Assembly: GCA_963843015.1 (NCBI GenBank)
Contig: CAWJIR010000006.1
Coordinates: forward strand, 32,763-96,762
Length of the DNA stretch: 64,000 nt
Reading direction: 5' to 3'
Source: an uncultured Chloroflexia bacterium
GTDB lineage: Bacteria > Chloroflexota > Limnocylindria > QHBO01
Under the pieces are notes generated by a model. That model ran no database searches, was not told the DNA's origin, and saw only the letters and a list, made by a program, of their open reading frames with translations. The position numbers and the translations under genes are program-made. Shown piece by piece: positions 1 to 10,002 of this stretch. Every line of letters begins with the position of its first letter. Position 1 is the stretch's first letter.

Positions 1-185
1 AGGTAGCCGAGGACGTACGGCACCGCCAACACCAGCAGCACGATCGCGAGCGCCAGGCCGACCCACGCGAAGATCTTCAGGTTGGGAGGCGCCGGATGCT
101 CGGGTGGCGGGGCGAGCCGCCGAGCGAGGCGGTCGGGTCGCCGGGGGGCCTGGTGCTCGTAGACGTTCGGCTTCAGCTCAGGCAT
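1..185 (-). CDS. Hypothetical membrane protein, N-terminal part (runs off window)
   Basis: ATG at 185 overlaps the transketolase stop; reads MPELKPNVYEH...NLKIFAWVGLALAIVLLVLAVPYVLGYL with a clear TM helix. Confidence 0.55.
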   Translation of the reverse strand, partial: MPELKPNVYEHQAPRRPDRLARRLAPPPEHPAPPNLKIFAWVGLALAIVLLVLAVPYVLGY

Positions 186-2553
186 CGGCGTCTAGGGTAG
201 CGGCCAGCGCCCGGAGGCGCCGATGGCGCTCGACGCGCTCGTTCGCGTAGCGCGTCACCCCGTCGATGATGTGCTGCGGCCCGAGATGGGCCTCGTCGAT
301 CACCTCTTCGACCGTTCCACCGGTCCGCCACCGCCGATCCCAGTCCGACGAGAGCGAGTACGTCTCGCCGATCGGGCCGGTCACAAAGTCGTGCATGAGC
401 TTGTAGGCCCGGTTCGTGATGGCCATCCCATCGAGCCGATCGGCCTCCGAGCAGATCCGATCGCGGTACGCCTGGTCCTGGAGATGGAACAGCTGGGGGC
501 TGATGCAGGCCACGATCTTCAGGTTCAGGTCCGCGGCGTCGAGCTCGGGGAGAACCTTGACCAGGTTGGCCGTGGTCGCCGTCCCCTGGACGTAGACCGT
601 GCCGCCGCGCGGCCGGTCAGGGTCCGGCTCGCGGATGAGGTACGCGCCGCGCGCGGCCTCGAGGTGCGAGGCCATGCCCAGCGCCTCGCGATCGGGGATC
701 TCGACCGCCGGCCGGGTCAGGTGGAGGGCGACGATCGGCGACCGGCAGGGCGAGCGCCGCGGCGAGGACGACCGGGACCTCGTTGTGCTCCCACGGATGG
801 AGGTCGATGACGTGGCCATCGGGGAAGAGCTGGGTCACGCCGGTCTCGTAGATCCCGAAGTGGGTCCGCGAGTCCTCGGCCGTCTCGGGCCCGGAGTGGC
901 CGGCCACCCAGATGACCTTGCCCACCTTGAGCTGGCAGTCCTGCGCCAGCTGCGAGAACAGCCGCATCGGTCCGTACTTGAGGTACGAGAACGAGCCGTA
1001 GGTCGAGCACGCGCCCCAGAACCCGTTGAAGGTGTTCATCGGGTCGTCGGAGAGGTTGACCGAGGCCAGGCCAACCGTCAGGCCGCTGTTCGTGAACTCG
1101 GTGATCTGCTGCGGCAGGAGGGCTCCGCGCAGGTTCGTCTCGCGGTTGTACCAGCCCCAGCCCGGGAGGTCCTCCCAGTCCTTGGCGAAGCCCGCGATGT
1201 TCGTCGACTCGGCCAGGTCGGCGGAGCAGACGATGAACAGCGGTCGGCCGTAGTCCGCCTTGGCCGTGGCGTTGACCCACGCGCCCCATGACGCCAGGGC
1301 GGCCCGGTTGGCAACCTTCTCGCCGGGCGCCTTCCACATGCCGGCGGGATAGGCCGTCGACGTCGGTGAACCGAGGATCATCGAAGATCGCGGCGCCGCG
1401 ACCACCCAGGTTGAAGCCGTCGACCCGCTCGGGGACGAGCCCGGCAACCTCGACCAGCCGATCGCTGATCGCGTCCACGACCTCGGTGTGCGAGCGGAGG
1501 ACGGAGATGGCGACCTCGAGGTTGTGCCGGGCCTGGGCAGCGACCTCGGCCTTGTCAGCGGGCGCGGCCTCATCCACGCCCGCGTAGGTCGACGCCGTGA
1601 CGGTCCATGAACTCGTGGCGGACGGCCCAGAACTCGGGGGCGTTCATCGGCCACGGCGTGCCGTGGCTCTTGTTGTCGTACTTCCCGTAGCCGCGGCCCT
1701 TGCGGGTCCGGAACCACGCCATGGAGGGCACGCCGTCGGGGTTCTCGCCGTGAGCCACTTCCAGCACGGCTCGGGTCACCGGCTCCCACTCCGAGCCCTC
1801 CATCGTCCCGCACCACCCGCCAGTGATACGCCTCGAACCAGCTCTGCGGTGTCCCGGGCACGACCGATGAGATCGCCGGATCGTCGATCCCGTAGTCATT
1901 CCAGTCGAGGAGGAAGACGAGGTTCGACAGGCCCAGGCCCCAGGCCGAGTTGCGCGTCTCGTGGCTGGCGCCCGGGGTCAGGCCGCCCTCGCCTTCGACC
2001 ACGAAGACCTTGACCTCGTCGCAGCCGGCCAGCTTCAGCGCGACCGCCTCGCCGGCCGACGGGGGCGAGCCGTGGCCCGAGGGACCGGTGTTCCACTTCA
2101 GGAACAGGGTCTTGCCCTCCATCTCGGCATGGCCGGGCAGGCCGCCGCGGCGCCGCAGGAGGAGCAGGTCCTCCCAGGTCAGCGCCCAGCGTCCGTCGTC
2201 GGGAAGGGCGAAACTCCGGTCGCGGGTCGCGCTCGTGCGCGGGCGCGCAGCGTCTCGTTGAGCACGGCCAGCGTGGCGTAGATGAGCGGGACGGTGTGTC
2301 CCGCCGACAGGACGAAGCGATCCGCGAAGGGCAGCCACGGACGCCGAAGGTCCCAGCGCATCGCGCCGGACAGCATCAGGGCCACGAGCAGGTGGACCTT
2401 GGAGCGCGACCCGCCGGGATGCCCGCTCTGTCGGTAGTTCAGCGGCAGGTCGATGCACTCGTCGATGACGTCGCGGAGCAGGTCCCAATGCGGGAATCGC
2501 GGCTCCGCCTCGGCGAAGAGCCGATCGGTCGAGGTCGGCTGAACGGCGGTCAT
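178..2553 (-). CDS. tkt: Transketolase-like TPP enzyme, single chain of about 790 aa, several frameshifts
   Basis: Fragments across frames: SGHPGGSRS, FVLSAGHTVPLIYA, GLPGHAEM, NTGPSGHG, TPP-motif variant EGEGG...DWNDYGIDD, SADLAESTN, STYGSFS, GHSGPETAEDSRTHFG, C-terminal GGTVEEVIDEAHL. Confidence 0.8.
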
Positions 2554-2563
2554 CCGGCGGTGG

Positions 2564-3760
2564 TCATCCGGCGGTGACCAGTTCGCCGCTCCGCTCCAGG
2601 CGCGCCAGCGAATCGGCGATTCGCTCCAGGGCCGCCGACAGGTTCTCGCGGCTGTTCGCGTAGCTGAAGCGCAGGTACCCCTCGCCGTGCCGGCCGAAGG
2701 CCGTCCCCGCCAGGCCACACACCCCGGCGTCGTACAGCAGGTGGGTGGCGATCTCGCTGCTCGGCCGCCCGAACGAGCTCACGTTGGGGAACACGTAGAA
2801 CGCCCCATGCGGCATGACGCAGCTCACCCCGGGGATGGCGTTCAGGCCGTCGACGATGAGCTGGCGACGGGCGATGAACTCGGTCCGCATGGCGTCGGCC
2901 GCGTCCTGGGGTCCGGTCAGCGCGGCGATCGCCCCGGCTTGCGCGAACGCGTTCGTGCAGCTGACCGAGTTGATCACCAACCGGCTGTAGCTGGGGACGA
3001 GCCATTCCGGGATCACGCCGTAGCCGAGCCGCCAGCCGGTCATGGCGAACGTCTTCGAAAAGCCGTCGAGCGTGATCGTCCGCTCCGCCATGCCGGGCAG
3101 CGTCGCGATCGAGAGCAGCTCGCCCTCGTACTGGAGGCGGCCATAGATCTCGTCGGCCAGGACCACGAGGTCGTGCTGAACCGCCAGATCGGCAATCGCC
3201 CGGATGTCGTCGGCGGTGAGGACCGAGCCGGTCGGGTTATGCGGGCTGTTGAACACGATCATCCGGGTGCGCGGGGTGACCAGGCTCGCGACCTCGTCCA
3301 CGTCCATCCGGAACTCGCGTTCCTCGCGGAGCGGGGCGGCGACCGCGACCCCGCCGACGTACTGGGTCATGGACTCGTAGATCGGGAAGCCGGGGTTGGG
3401 GTAGATGACCTCGTCGCCCTCGTTGATGAGGGCGAGCATCGCGTAGAACATGATCGGCTTCGCGCCGGGCGTCACGATCACCTGCTCCGGCGTCGCTTCG
3501 ATCCCTTTCCAGCGCTTCACGTCGTCGGCGATGGCCTGGCGCAGCGGGGCGATTCCCTCGGCCGCGGTGTAGTGGGTCATCCCCTGCTCGAGGAGGCCGC
3601 GCGCCGCCGCGTCCTTGATGTGCTGTGGCGTGTCGAAGTCGGGCTCGCCGATCTCGAGGTGGATGACGCTCCGGCCGGTCGCCTCCAGGGCTCGTGCCCG
3701 GGCCGCGGCCTCGAACGCGGTCTCGGTCCCGATGCGGGACATCCGCTCAGCGAGCTTCAC
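2564..3760 (-). CDS. Class I/II PLP-dependent aminotransferase (aspartate aminotransferase family)
   Basis: Intact 398 aa ORF; IHLEIGEPDFDTP, NSPHNPTG, ADEIY, PLP lysine in GFSKTFAMTGWRLGY, YLRFSYA. Confidence 0.92.
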   Translation of the reverse strand: MKLAERMSRIGTETAFEAAARARALEATGRSVIHLEIGEPDFDTPQHIKDAAARGLLEQGMTHYTAAEGIAPLRQAIADDVKRWKGIEATPEQVIVTPGAKPIMFYAMLALINEGDEVIYPNPGFPIYESMTQYVGGVAVAAPLREEREFRMDVDEVASLVTPRTRMIVFNSPHNPTGSVLTADDIRAIADLAVQHDLVVLADEIYGRLQYEGELLSIATLPGMAERTITLDGFSKTFAMTGWRLGYGVIPEWLVPSYSRLVINSVSCTNAFAQAGAIAALTGPQDAADAMRTEFIARRQLIVDGLNAIPGVSCVMPHGAFYVFPNVSSFGRPSSEIATHLLYDAGVCGLAGTAFGRHGEGYLRFSYANSRENLSAALERIADSLARLERSGELVTAG

Positions 3761-3806
3761 GCGTCGCAGTGTACCGATGGGCCATTGCGGCCGTGTGGCG
3801 CGGGAT

Positions 3807-3815
3807 TGCTATACT
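3807..3815 (+). promoter_or_regulatory. Extended -10 promoter element (TGcTATACT) for the Fe-S carrier gene
   Basis: Near-consensus TGnTATACT, followed by GGAGA SD before GTG at 3857. Confidence 0.55.
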
Positions 3816-3856
3816 TTCCGAAGCGAATTCCCAACCCGTGCTGGAGAACAGCCACC

Positions 3857-4273
3857 GTGACCCTTTCCGAGACGACTCCGACCCCGGCCTCCGCGCCGGC
3901 TCCCATGAGCGAGCAGCTGGTCAGCCTGACCGATGCTGCCGCGGCCAAGGTCCAGGAGCTCCGCGCCCGAGAAGGGAAAGCGGAAGCTTCCCTCCGCCTG
4001 TTCGTGAAGAGCGGCGGCTGCTCGGGGTTCAGCTACGGGCTGGCGTTCGACGACTCCCGCGCCGATGACGACCGGGTCGAGTTCCACGGCGAGGTCCCGA
4101 TCGTGATCGACGCCTACAGCGCGCAGTACGTCGACGGCGCCGAGATCGACTACGTCGACTCCCTGATGGGCTCCGGCTTCGCGATCAACAACCCGAACGC
4201 GGTCAGCAGCTGTGCCTGCGGCTCGTCCTTCAACACCGATGGGTCGCCGTCCAAGGCCGGGGGCTGCCACTAG
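3857..4273 (+). CDS. A-type Fe-S cluster carrier (IscA/SufA/ErpA, HesB family)
   Basis: LRLFVKSGGCSGFSY and C-terminal CACGSSF give three conserved Cys; start 3857 (GTG) or 3905 (ATG). Confidence 0.93.
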   Translation: MTLSETTPTPASAPAPMSEQLVSLTDAAAAKVQELRAREGKAEASLRLFVKSGGCSGFSYGLAFDDSRADDDRVEFHGEVPIVIDAYSAQYVDGAEIDYVDSLMGSGFAINNPNAVSSCACGSSFNTDGSPSKAGGCH

Positions 4274-4298
4274 GCGCCACGATTCCGAATACTCCCTG

Positions 4299-4332
4299 AC
4301 GACCCCGGTCCCGCCACCGGGGTCGTTTCCTA
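4299..4332. terminator. Probable bidirectional intrinsic terminator between convergent genes
   Basis: Perfect 11-bp stem acgaccccggt-cccgcc-accggggtcgt followed by ttcctatt. Confidence 0.6.
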
Positions 4333-5187
4333 TTCGCGGACCGAGGGCCCAGACCTGGCGGGCGCCGGTGATGCCCTTCAGCTCGTGCGACGCCCCGGTC
4401 CTCGAAGCGCAGCTCGGAGTCCGCCACCAGCTCGTAGGTCGTGCCCGAAACGAGCACTTCGCCCGGCTCGGCCAGCGCCATCACCCGCGTCAGCAGATGC
4501 ACGGCCACGCCGCGGATGTTGTCGGGGATCACCTCCACCTCCCCGGTGTGGACGCCCACCCGCAGGCCGAAGCCGAGGCGGGTCGCCTCTCCGCTGATGG
4601 CCGCGCCGCAGCGGATCGCGCGCTCGGCGCCGTCGAACATCGCGATGACCCCATCGCCCGTGGTCGTGGCCAGCTTGCCGCGGAACTTGTCGATCTGGCG
4701 TCGGCTCTCGGCGTTGAGGGTGGCCAGCATGGTCGCCCACGCCGCGGGCCCGACACGCTCGGCGGTGGCGGTCGAGTCCACGATATCGGTGCAGACCAGC
4801 GTGGCCAGCGTGCGCTCGCTCCGTGCGGCAGCCGGCAGGGCGAAGGTGCGCATCCCGGCGAAGTCGTACTGGATCACCGGCTCGTCGCCCACCACCCACG
4901 CGTCGTGGCCGGGGAGGATCTCGAACAGCATCCCGGGGCCGACCTCCATCTCCAACCCGTCGGGCGTGATGTAGTGGAGCTTGCCCTCGATCACCAGGCC
5001 CAGGTGGTGGTACTCGCACCAATCGGTCTGGGCAATCGGCTTGACGTCCTTCGACCATTGCCAGCCGGGCTGGAACGTGATGCGGCCCACCACGAAGTCG
5101 CCGAGATTCCAGATTTCGGTCTGCCCGTTGGGGAGCTGCGCGGGTCTCGTCCGGCAGGTCGAGCGACTTGCGCTGCATGTGGCCCAT
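4330..5187 (-). CDS. Cupin-domain class III nucleotidyl (adenylate/guanylate) cyclase, frameshifted
   Basis: N-terminal cupin (FQPGWQWSKDVKP...CEYHHLGLVIEG...PGHDAWVVGDE); cyclase motifs TDIVDST, TTGDG, RVGVHTGE, GVAVHLLTRVM, EVLVS. Confidence 0.85.
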
Positions 5188-5207
5188 CAGCGTCTCTCCA
5201 TGCGTCG

Positions 5208-6673
5208 TTACTCCCCTGAGCCGTCGTCGGCGAACGTGTCGTCACCGGCCCGGACCTGAGCCGTGGCCGCCCCGCCGAGCGCGGCCGGCATCGGGCGCGG
5301 CAGCGCCGGCGGCTGGACGAATCGGTCAACCAGGTCGCGGGTGCCGTCCACGCCAAGCCGATCGAAGAGCAGTCCGAACCGGGCGCCCAGGTTGGCGCCG
5401 ATCTGGGCCTCGGCATCGGGACCGATGGACCACAGCGCTTCCTTGAACGGGCCCAGCGCCTTCTTGCGGGTCTTGTACAGGAACTGCTCATCGGTCTCGC
5501 CGGGCTTGCGCTCATCGGCGCAGTTGGCCACGCACCACGCCATCATCTCGGCCCGCAGTTCCGGCGGGAGACCGCCGTCGTCGTACAGGATGTTCTGGAA
5601 GCCGGTGGCGAGATGGATCTCGGCGCAGCCGGCGGCCGGGAAGTGGCCGAACGCCTCCTCCGGCAGGGTGCTGGCCCCGTGCTGGACGCAGCCGGCCAGC
5701 CCGAACTCGTCTCGGGCGACGGTCGACAGCCGGCCGAGCGTGTCGAAGTCGAGCGCGACGGGGCGCCACGGAGCCGTCGGGCAGGACCACGCCGCCGTGC
5801 GACGTGCCGGTCTGGATGCTCACTTTGCTCAGGCCAGGCAGGTCGGTCCCGCCGTTGTCGTCGGAGCGCCGCCCGGTACTCGGCTACGTAGGCGCGGAGC
5901 TCAGCCTCGGTGGAGTTGACCTTGCCCACCTCCCCGATCTCGCCGCCGACAGAGATCGTCACGTCGTCGGGCCCCAGGTCGCGGATGAGCCGGGTCAGGT
6001 CCGCTGTCCGCTCGGCATTGACCCGCTGCTGCTCGGAGATGGTGGGCTGCGCGAGGTCGACCAGCGTGCTCGCGTCGATGTCGATGTTCAGGAAGCCCGC
6101 GCCGACGGCCTCGCGGACGAGGTCGCGGAGCCCGTCGGCCTCGGCGTCGGGGTCCGCCGCCCACCGCGTGGCGTTGAACTGGAAGTGGTCACCCTGGAGG
6201 AAGACCGGCCCCGACCAGCCTTCGCGCAGGGCGGCCGCCAGGATGACCGCGGTGTACTCGTCGGGGCGCTGGTCGGTATAGGCCATCTCACTCTTCGCGA
6301 TCTCGAAGACGAGGGCCCCGACCGCGCGCTCGCGGGCCGTGGCGAACGCGGTGCGGGCCGTCAGGTAGGCAGCAGCTCGGACGTTGATGGCCGGCACGGT
6401 GAACGCGGTCGGTGAGAACGCCCGTCGGCCGCGGGCGGCATACAGGTCCCGGATGGAGGCCGAGGGACAGCCGAGCGCCTGGCTGGCGGACCAGATCACC
6501 CAGCGCGCAGCGTCGCGAAGGTCCGGCTCGGGGTGGAAGACCGCGTCGCGCACCAGCCGGTCGGTGAGCGGGCCGCGAAACGCGGAGGGATCGGCGACCG
6601 ACAGTCCATCGGTTCCGATCGTCGCGGCCGGACGGAGGGCCTCCCGCAACGCGTCTGCCGAGGCCACGGTCAT
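5208..6673 (-). CDS. Class II fructose-bisphosphate aldolase, long form, frameshifted
   Basis: [34 protein letters not shown], then TSHGG and QHGASTLP in another frame; start 6673 or 6682. Confidence 0.85.
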
Positions 6674-6683
6674 GGGCCGCATG

Positions 6684-7050
6684 CTAGCCCAGCCACCCCA
6701 GCCCGGCGAGAATCGAGAAGGCCAGCAGCGGGGCGATGACCACGCCCACGATGGCGGCCACCACGTACCACTCGCGCCCGCCGTTGGGATCCGCTCCGGG
6801 ACGGCGGCGGAGGCGCGCGGCCCAGGCGACGACCGCGCTCAGCAGGGCCACGTACAGGATCGCGCCCAGACCGATGACGGCCAGGACGAGGTCGCGTGTG
6901 GCGCCACAGTCGACGCGCCAGCCAGCCGCCGGGCGGGCAGGGGGTCGCGAGCTCGAGTCCGATGACCGCCCCGGCCGCGACCAGGACGGCGGCGGACCAG
7001 CCGAGGTGGACGAGGAGCAGGCGGCGCAGGAGGTGGCTGGTCTTCCGGCC
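6684..7050 (-). CDS. Hypothetical membrane protein with about 3 TM helices, frameshifted, start unclear
   Basis: Hydrophobic segments LLLVHLGWSAAVLVAAGAVIGL, LVLAVIGLGAILYVALLSAVVAWA and WYVVAAIVGVVIAPLLAFSILAGLGWLG with GC-rich codon usage. Confidence 0.5.
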
Positions 7051-7629
7051 TCAGCCCGCAGCCCGCGCCGATGCCGCGGCCGCCTGCTGGGCTTCGCGCC
7101 GGCTGGCCCGACGGAACTCGTAGTACAGGTAGCCCAGCGCAAGGGTGCCCATGCCCGCGGTCATCGCCCCCAGCGCCAGCGCGATGAGCGGCAGCTCGAG
7201 CGGAATGAACGATCCACCGGCCACGTTGAACACGAGGTACGGGATCAGGAGCAGCATGACCGCGATGTAGTTGAGCAGGACGAACAGCCGGGTGAGCGTC
7301 CAGCCCGGGCCGCGCCTGCCGCGGGATGCCTGGACCAGCGCGGCGAGGATGACGACCAGCACCACGTTCGTCCAGGCCACCCCGTTGGCGATGATGAACC
7401 CAACCTCGGGCGCGAACGACAGGAACTCGATGTACTGGGTCACGCCGTAGTAGACCGAGTTCGGGACGTAGGTGAACAGCCAGTAGATGAACAGGAACAG
7501 GGGTACCGCCTTGAGGCTGGCGATGAGCCACGTCTCGCCACCGAACAGGAGCCAGTTCGTGAAGTCGTCCGCCTCACCGATGAGACGGGCGAGCACACCG
7601 CGGCGCCGGGGGAGGGCGTAGGTCGTCAT
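7051..7629 (-). CDS. Hypothetical integral membrane protein (about 4 TM) in the Rieske/cyt b operon
   Basis: Intact 192 aa ORF, aromatic-rich hydrophobic helices, ATGA overlap with the cytochrome c stop. Confidence 0.75.
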   Translation of the reverse strand: MTTYALPRRRGVLARLIGEADDFTNWLLFGGETWLIASLKAVPLFLFIYWLFTYVPNSVYYGVTQYIEFLSFAPEVGFIIANGVAWTNVVLVVILAALVQASRGRRGPGWTLTRLFVLLNYIAVMLLLIPYLVFNVAGGSFIPLELPLIALALGAMTAGMGTLALGYLYYEFRRASRREAQQAAAASARAAG

Positions 7630-8728
7630 GGGGTGTGGTCCCCCTCCAGGAGGAACGTGATCAGGGCCTGGAGCTGGGAGTCACTCACCTCGGTCTCGTC
7701 GAACGCCGGCATGGCGGTCGGGATTCCCGCCGTTGTAGACCGATGAGTCGCGGATCCAGGCCTGGAGGAAGGCCCGCGGATCCGCATCGTAGTCGGCCTG
7801 CATCTGTTCGAGATCAAGGGTCTGGGTCGTCAGGCCCTCGGTGACAAGCGAGGTGCCGATGGTCTGGATGTTCGGCCCGGTCACGCCCTCGAGCTCGGGC
7901 CCGTGGCACGCCACGCACCCGACCGTGGCGAACACCTCGGCCCCGGCCTCCACCGTGTCCGGCACCTCGACCGACGGCGGTGGGTTGTCGAGCGTCTCCT
8001 GTGCCCACTCCCCGATCATCGCGGTCAGGGCCTCGATCTGCTGGCGGGTGAGGGTGCCGCCGAAGTCCTGGCCCCACGCCGGCATCGGGCTGTTGATGTT
8101 GCCCGCCACCACGATCCCGCCCAGGGTGATGACCCACGACACGTAGTTGTTCAGGGTCTGCGGGCCACCGGTCTGGAGCCACTTGTTGGCCAGGCTCACC
8201 GAATGGAGGTTCGGGCCGATGAGGCCGGCACCGCCCATGCCATCGACCCCGTGGCACCGCGCGCAGTTCGCGCCGTACGGCTGGAGGTGGGGCGGACCGG
8301 CGGTGACGGTGAGCGTGCCCTCGATGCCGCCCGCGGTGACCGTCGTTTCGCCGTCTTCGTTGAACTTCACCGGCGCGGTCTTCTGCGGTTCCGATCTCGA
8401 CCTCGAACGACTCGATGCCGCTTCCCGCCACCGAGACGGTCGCCGCGGTGTCGTTCCGGAAGCTGATGGACGAGTTCACGAAGAGGTTGATCGACGTCAG
8501 TGGCACCAGCTGGGTGTCTCCCGCCTCCTGGGCGAAGCCGGTGTCGGTGACGATGACCTCGACGGTGTACGTGTCGTCGGGGAGGAAGACGACCGGACCG
8601 AACTCGAGCAGCTCCTCGTGCCGAGTCTCGGCCCCGACACCCCGCCGTGGCGCATCGGTGATCCAGTAGAAGGTGGTGAACGCGGCGAAGCCGACCATCA
8701 GCGCCACGCCAAGTGCCTTCATCCGCAT
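7626..8728 (-). CDS. Membrane-anchored dihaem c-type cytochrome (QcrC-like) with cupredoxin-like insert, frameshifted
   Basis: N-terminal TM; CARCH with distal SPMPAW; CVACH with distal TAMPAF. Confidence 0.85.
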
Positions 8729-8738
8729 CGGCGTGCTC

Positions 8739-9361
8739 CTAGATGGCGCAATGCGGGATGTCCTCGGGGAGGCGGTTATCGAAGGTCGCGGTCCCGATCG
8801 GCGGTCCCTTGATCAGCACCGCGGTGTTGACGATGTAGACCCCGTTCTCGATCCGGTGCTCGAAGCGGTCCATTCCGCGGGGCGCCGGCCCATCTCGCTT
8901 CTCGCCCAGGACCGTGTACTTCGACCCATGGCACAGGCACTCGAACCAGTTGCTGCGGTCGCAGAGCTGGGGGATGTTGCAGCCGAGGTGCGGGCACTTG
9001 CGGTACATGGCCAGGATGTCCATGCCCGGGTCGGCGGTCTCCTCCCCGGTGCCATTGACGCGCGCCTCGGCGGCGGGCACGTTGACGATGAACAGGCGGG
9101 CCTTGTTGAAGATGAATGGCACGCCGCGCACCCACTCCGGCTGCTGGGTGGTGATGTCCGCGGCGGAGCCGATGACCAGGTTCGGGTCGCCGAGGCCGCC
9201 GCTCAGGTTCGGCCACAGGAACAGCACCGTGCCGCCGATGAACTGGAGGGTCAGGAGGCCGACGCCGACGCCCACGGCGCGTCGCAGGAAGCCCCGTCGG
9301 CTGATCTCGCGGACCGGCGGGCCCGGCTGCTCCCCCAGCTCGGCGGCTGGCCGGCGGTCAT
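8739..9361 (-). CDS. Rieske [2Fe-2S] protein (QcrA/PetC-like), one frameshift in the N-terminus
   Basis: Tat-like ISRRGFLRR plus TM; box I CPHLGC; box II CLCHGSKY; GPAPRGMD. Confidence 0.92.
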
Positions 9362-9371
9362 GAGAGCAGGG

Positions 9372-9992
9372 TCATAGGGTGAAGAACAGGCCTTCCCACG
9401 GCCAGACCCAGATCCAGCCCGGCCCCCGGAAGAAGGCGCCGATGAGGGTCACGGCGATGCCGAAGAACATGATGCTCAGGAAGAAGATCCACGCCACCTT
9501 GCGGTCCCGTGCGGCGCGATACGGGGAGCGATCCACGTAGGCGATCAGGGCCAGGCCGATGAAGTAGACCGGCGGAATGAAGATCCCGGCCACCGTCGCG
9601 TTGAAGTAGGACAGGATCTCCTGCAGGCCGAGGAAGTACCACGGTGCCTTGGCCACGTGCGGCGTGACGTTGACCGTGGCCTGCTCCTCGAGCGGCGCCT
9701 GGATGAAGAACGACATGACCAGGAGCACGAAGGTGATCAGGCAGGCCATCAGGAACTCGGCCCGCAGCAGGTGCGGCCAGGTCAGGACCGTCTCGTCGGG
9801 CCGCTTGTCGACGCGGACCATGGACTCCTGGCGGACGTAGGCCAGCAGCCGGAAGCGCTCGGTGCCCGGAGCGCCGGGTGGTCCGGGCAGCTTGGGGCCC
9901 TGGCCCGGGACGGCGGGCGGAGCGACCGGGACCGGCGCCTGGGTCGGGGCGTTCTTGTCGGCCGTGGCGTTGGGTCGCTTCTCGATCGTCAT
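9372..9992 (-). CDS. Cytochrome b6 subunit IV-like (C-terminal half of a split cytochrome b)
   Basis: WPHLLRAEF, APLEEQA...TP..AKAPWYFLGLQEIL (PEWY-equivalent), 3 TM helices. Confidence 0.88.
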   Translation of the reverse strand: MTIEKRPNATADKNAPTQAPVPVAPPAVPGQGPKLPGPPGAPGTERFRLLAYVRQESMVRVDKRPDETVLTWPHLLRAEFLMACLITFVLLVMSFFIQAPLEEQATVNVTPHVAKAPWYFLGLQEILSYFNATVAGIFIPPVYFIGLALIAYVDRSPYRAARDRKVAWIFFLSIMFFGIAVTLIGAFFRGPGWIWVWPWEGLFFTL

Positions 9993-10002
9993 CGGTCAGT
10001 CC

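Noticed and set aside
7040-7053. Selenocysteine or programmed read-through at TGA 7051
   Set aside because: No redox-motif context and no recognisable SECIS; sequencing error or a separate gene is simpler
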